Assembly (NCBI GenBank): GCA_046340555.1
Contig: JBKDSL010000023.1
Span: forward strand, 1-61,975
Reading direction: 5' to 3'
Length of the DNA stretch: 61,975 bases
Source of the DNA: Bacteroidota bacterium
GTDB lineage: Bacteria; Bacteroidota; Bacteroidia; AKYH767-A; OLB10
Shown: in pieces, positions 58,937-61,975 of the stretch
Position numbering within the stretch: position 1 is the stretch's first letter
Layout of the letters: every line of letters starts with the position of its first letter
Position numbers and translations under genes: made by a program
The notes under the pieces: model-generated
Database searches by the model: none
What the model saw: the letters and a program-made list of their open reading frames with translations, nothing else
Told to the model about the DNA's origin: nothing

Positions 58937-60199
58937 ATGAAAAAACTGATCATTTATTCCGCAATCATGCTGATTATCAGTAGTTGCGGAGGCGGAAACC
59001 GCGGCCAGTTGGTTGGGGTTCAGCCTAGGGAAAAATGGTATCAGGCTGATCCCTATGGAATGGTTTTCATTCCTTCAGGTGCTTACAACATGGGTCCAAG
59101 CGATCAAGATGTGCCTTATGCGATGGTTTCCCAAAGCAAGACGGTCTCCGTCTATGCGTTCTACATGGACAACACCGAAATCACAAACAATGAATATCGT
59201 CAGTTTGTGCATTGGGTTCGCGACTCACTAGCTCACAGGCTGATTGGCGGAGATCACTTGATTGATGAAGGTGAATACGGAGAGCGTATTAATTGGCGAG
59301 AGAAGTTGGATTATGAGGATGAAGAGCACGTCGAAACTTTGAACGAGCTCTTTTTGCCGGAAGCTGAAAGATATTATCGCCGCAAGGAGTTTGATGCCCG
59401 CAAATTCAATTTCGAGTATTATTGGATTGACCTGCAGGAAGCTGCCCAGCGTGCAAATAGGGAGCAAGGGAAGATTGATCGCTCTGTATTTATTAAAAGG
59501 GATGTGATTAATGTTTATCCAGACACGCTTGCTTGGATTCATGATTTCACTTATTCTTTTAACGACCCCATTACCAACATGTACTTTTGGCATCCATCCT
59601 ATGACGAATATCCGGTTGTGGGTGTGAATTGGAAGCAAGCCCGTGCTTTTTGTATTTGGAGGTCTCAGTTGCTGAATAGCTACCTAATGTCCAACGGAGA
59701 ATCCATGGTTCAGGACTTCCGTCTTCCTACGGAATCCGAGTGGGAATATGCCGCGCGTGGTGGTATGGATTTGTCACCATACCCATGGGGTGGTCCGTAC
59801 ATCCGCAATAGCCGCGGTTGTTTCTTGGGTAACTTCAAGCCTATGCGTGGTAATTATCTCGATGACGGTGGTTTCTATGCCGTTTCAGCTACATCCTATT
59901 GGCCCAATGATTACGGATTGTATTGCATGGCGGGTAATGTATCAGAATGGACAAGCAATGCATATGATGAATCGGCTTATAATTTCCAACACGATTTAAA
60001 TCCGGATTACGCATATGATGCAAAAGAATCGGACCCTCCAGTGCTTAAGAGAAAAGTCATTCGTGGCGGTTCTTGGAAGGACGTTGGATATTACTTACAA
60101 ACCGGTACTCGTTCATTTGAATATCAAGACACAGCTAAAAGTTACGTTGGATTCCGTTGCGTGATGAGCTTCATGGGTCGTGACAAATCCGATTTTTAA
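58937..60199 (+). CDS. gldK: T9SS/gliding lipoprotein GldK (PorK), FGE-sulfatase-fold
   Basis: 420 aa. Lipobox LIISSC followed by GGGNRGQLVGV. Contains MVFIPSGAYNMG and SUMF1/FGE-like blocks (RGGSWKD, VGFRCV). Shows gldK-gldL-gldM synteny. Confidence 0.9.
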   Translation: MKKLIIYSAIMLIISSCGGGNRGQLVGVQPREKWYQADPYGMVFIPSGAYNMGPSDQDVPYAMVSQSKTVSVYAFYMDNTEITNNEYRQFVHWVRDSLAHRLIGGDHLIDEGEYGERINWREKLDYEDEEHVETLNELFLPEAERYYRRKEFDARKFNFEYYWIDLQEAAQRANREQGKIDRSVFIKRDVINVYPDTLAWIHDFTYSFNDPITNMYFWHPSYDEYPVVGVNWKQARAFCIWRSQLLNSYLMSNGESMVQDFRLPTESEWEYAARGGMDLSPYPWGGPYIRNSRGCFLGNFKPMRGNYLDDGGFYAVSATSYWPNDYGLYCMAGNVSEWTSNAYDESAYNFQHDLNPDYAYDAKESDPPVLKRKVIRGGSWKDVGYYLQTGTRSFEYQDTAKSYVGFRCVMSFMGRDKSDF

Positions 60200-60267
60200 A
60201 ATCCATTTCTGAAACAAAACAAATCAAATTAAACTAACCTAACACTAACTCAAAAACATCTTAAAAA

Positions 60268-61086
60268 ATGGGATTAGCAACAATCACCCAGAGCAAGGGT
60301 TTTAAGAACATGATGGCCAAGTTGTACGGCTTGGGAGCGTCAATTGTAATTGTAGGAGCTCTTTTCAAAATTCAGCACTGGGAAGGTGCCGGACTTATGC
60401 TTACCATTGGTCTTCTAACCGAAGCGGTAATCTTCTTCTTTTCAGCATTTGAACCACCACATGAAGAAGTGGATTGGTCGTTGGTTTACCCAGAGTTGGC
60501 TGGCATGCATGAGCCAGGTGGCGACAAGCACAAAAAGAAAAAGGTTGCAGATCCAGTTGCTCAAGAATTGGATAGGTTGATGGCTGAAGCTAAAATCGGT
60601 CCAGAATTGATTCAAAGCCTCGGCACCGGATTGCGTTCATTGGGTGAATACACATCCAAACTTTCAGATTTCACCAAGGCATCAGTTGCAACTGATGATT
60701 ATGTGAAGAATGTTCAAACCGCTTCCAAGTCTGTTTCAGGACTTGCTAGTTCCTATGAGAAAGCAACTCAGGCTATGAACAGCCTTAGCACATCTTCTGA
60801 TGATGTTAAAGTATACAGCGATCAGGTTTCTGCTGCTGGCAAGAACTTGGCAGCTCTGAATGCCATTTATGAATTGCAGTTGCAGGATTCCAACAAGAAC
60901 ATGAAGGAAACTGCCAAGTTCTTTACTGGCATCAACGAGCTTATGTCTAACCTTAACGCTACCGTTGAAGATACAAAAAGGTATAAAGATGAGATTTCTA
61001 AGCTTTCAAAGAACTTGTCTTCTCTAAATACCGTTTATGGCAACATGCTGTCTGCGATGAACATTAACGCCGGAGGCGGTAAGTGA
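60268..61086 (+). CDS. gldL: T9SS/gliding motor protein GldL (PorL)
   Basis: 272 aa. Two N-terminal TM helices with the conserved YGLGASIVIVGALFKIQHW and LLTEAVIFFFSAFEP (conserved Glu), followed by a cytoplasmic coiled-coil domain. Confidence 0.9.
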   Translation: MGLATITQSKGFKNMMAKLYGLGASIVIVGALFKIQHWEGAGLMLTIGLLTEAVIFFFSAFEPPHEEVDWSLVYPELAGMHEPGGDKHKKKKVADPVAQELDRLMAEAKIGPELIQSLGTGLRSLGEYTSKLSDFTKASVATDDYVKNVQTASKSVSGLASSYEKATQAMNSLSTSSDDVKVYSDQVSAAGKNLAALNAIYELQLQDSNKNMKETAKFFTGINELMSNLNATVEDTKRYKDEISKLSKNLSSLNTVYGNMLSAMNINAGGGK

Positions 61087-61140
61087 TTTCCTCCTGATTA
61101 CAAGAAACCTCATTAACCCTAAAAACAGAGAAATTCAGAT

Positions 61141-61975
61141 ATGGCAGGCGGTAATTTATCCCCGAGGCAACGAATGATCGGGATGATGTACTTGGTGTTA
61201 ACGGCCCTTTTGGCCCTTAACGTTTCCAAGGAAATCATCAACGCCTTCGTTACAGTGAACGATAGTCTCGAGACATCCAACAAGAATACAACTTCCCGTA
61301 ACGAACGGGTGTATGCAGACTTCAACAAAGCAATGCAAAATGATGCGGCTAAGGTCGGCCCTTTCAATGAAAAGGCTCAAAAAGTAAAGAAGTTTTCTTC
61401 TGACATGGTCACGTACATTGAACAGCTTAAGACCGACATCACCATTAAAGTAGAAGGTTTGGAGAAGGGCGCGAAAGTGCCAGCCGCCAAAGACATAGCC
61501 AGAAAGGATGACTATGATGTACCTACAAACTTGTTGTGTGGCGATAAGGCAGATGGAAGAGGTTTCTTGGCGACCAATCTCAAAGTGAAAATCGATGAAT
61601 TCAAAAAGAATGTCGTAGGGTCTCTGTCTCCAGCAGATCAGTCCGCATTCAAAGCACGTATAGATCAAGTGTTGAACACCAAGGATCCTGCTGCTGCTGA
61701 TGTTCGCGATAACAAAACCACTTGGGAGATGATGAATTTTTATCACAACCCAGTTGTAGCCACCATCGCCTTGCTTACAAAATTCCAAGCCGATGTTCGC
61801 AACGTAGAGTCTGAGGTGATCAACCACCTTTATACGGCTATCGATGCAGGTTCTTTCAAATTTGATAACCTTGAGGCAAGGGTTATTGCTCCCACAAGTT
61901 ATGTTTTGAATGGTCAGCAGTATAAGGCCGACATCTTCCTCGCAGCTTTCAGTTCCACATCGAACCCAACAATCA
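61141..61975 (+). CDS. gldM: T9SS/gliding protein GldM (PorM), N-terminal part (runs off the window)
   Basis: Absent from the ORF track because no stop is reached. I translated it by hand: MAGGNLSPRQRMIGMMYLVLTALLALNVSKEIINAFVTVN... is open to position 61975. It matches the conserved GldM N-terminus and TM helix. It begins 54 nt after gldL. Confidence 0.88.
   Translation, partial: MAGGNLSPRQRMIGMMYLVLTALLALNVSKEIINAFVTVNDSLETSNKNTTSRNERVYADFNKAMQNDAAKVGPFNEKAQKVKKFSSDMVTYIEQLKTDITIKVEGLEKGAKVPAAKDIARKDDYDVPTNLLCGDKADGRGFLATNLKVKIDEFKKNVVGSLSPADQSAFKARIDQVLNTKDPAAADVRDNKTTWEMMNFYHNPVVATIALLTKFQADVRNVESEVINHLYTAIDAGSFKFDNLEARVIAPTSYVLNGQQYKADIFLAAFSSTSNPTI

Overview
This 62-kb window is a chromosomal segment from a gliding, type IX secretion (T9SS) member of the Bacteroidota, Flavobacteriia- or Cytophagia-like. 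It is packed almost end to end with conserved housekeeping genes.

Gene order:
- uppS-bamA-skp-skp-murI, then a gamma-carbonic-anhydrase-like protein.
- A cobalamin-riboswitch-controlled btuB-like TonB receptor with a beta-propeller lipoprotein.
- A glycosyltransferase, trmB, korAB, nadE and two small outer-membrane (OM) beta-barrel proteins.
- gldB (interrupted) and gldC, then engB.
- A two-gene N-acyl-amino-acid lipid module.
- A complete Bacteroidota-type dcw cluster: mraZ-rsmH-ftsL-ftsI-murE-mraY-murD-ftsW-murG-murC-ftsQ-ftsA-ftsZ, followed by yqeY.
- A ~2,440-aa SprB-repeat adhesin with a type-B T9SS C-terminal domain (CTD) and its PorP/SprF partner.
- groES-groEL, secG, a TPR/acidic protein, an lptE-like gene, a sensor-less sigma-54 activator and miaB.
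- topA, an arginase-fold protein, and porP-gldK-gldL-gldM (gldM is cut by the window end).

I found no rRNA or tRNA genes, no CRISPR array, no transposase or integrase, and no recognisable defence or toxin genes. I also see no convincing evidence for a wholly new multi-gene system.

The observations most worth follow-up:
- A single in-frame TGA splits gldB.
- The giant adhesin/SprF cassette contains a ~98% identical 178-bp internal duplication.
- The B12 riboswitch, BtuB and propeller-lipoprotein form one operon.
- The arginase-fold protein next to the T9SS core appears to have lost three metal ligands.
- A sigma-54 activator without any sensor domain sits near a sigma-54-like motif upstream of groES.
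- MraZ-box-like direct repeats lie in the mraZ leader.

All calls come from reading the translations and DNA by eye. No database search or folding program was run.
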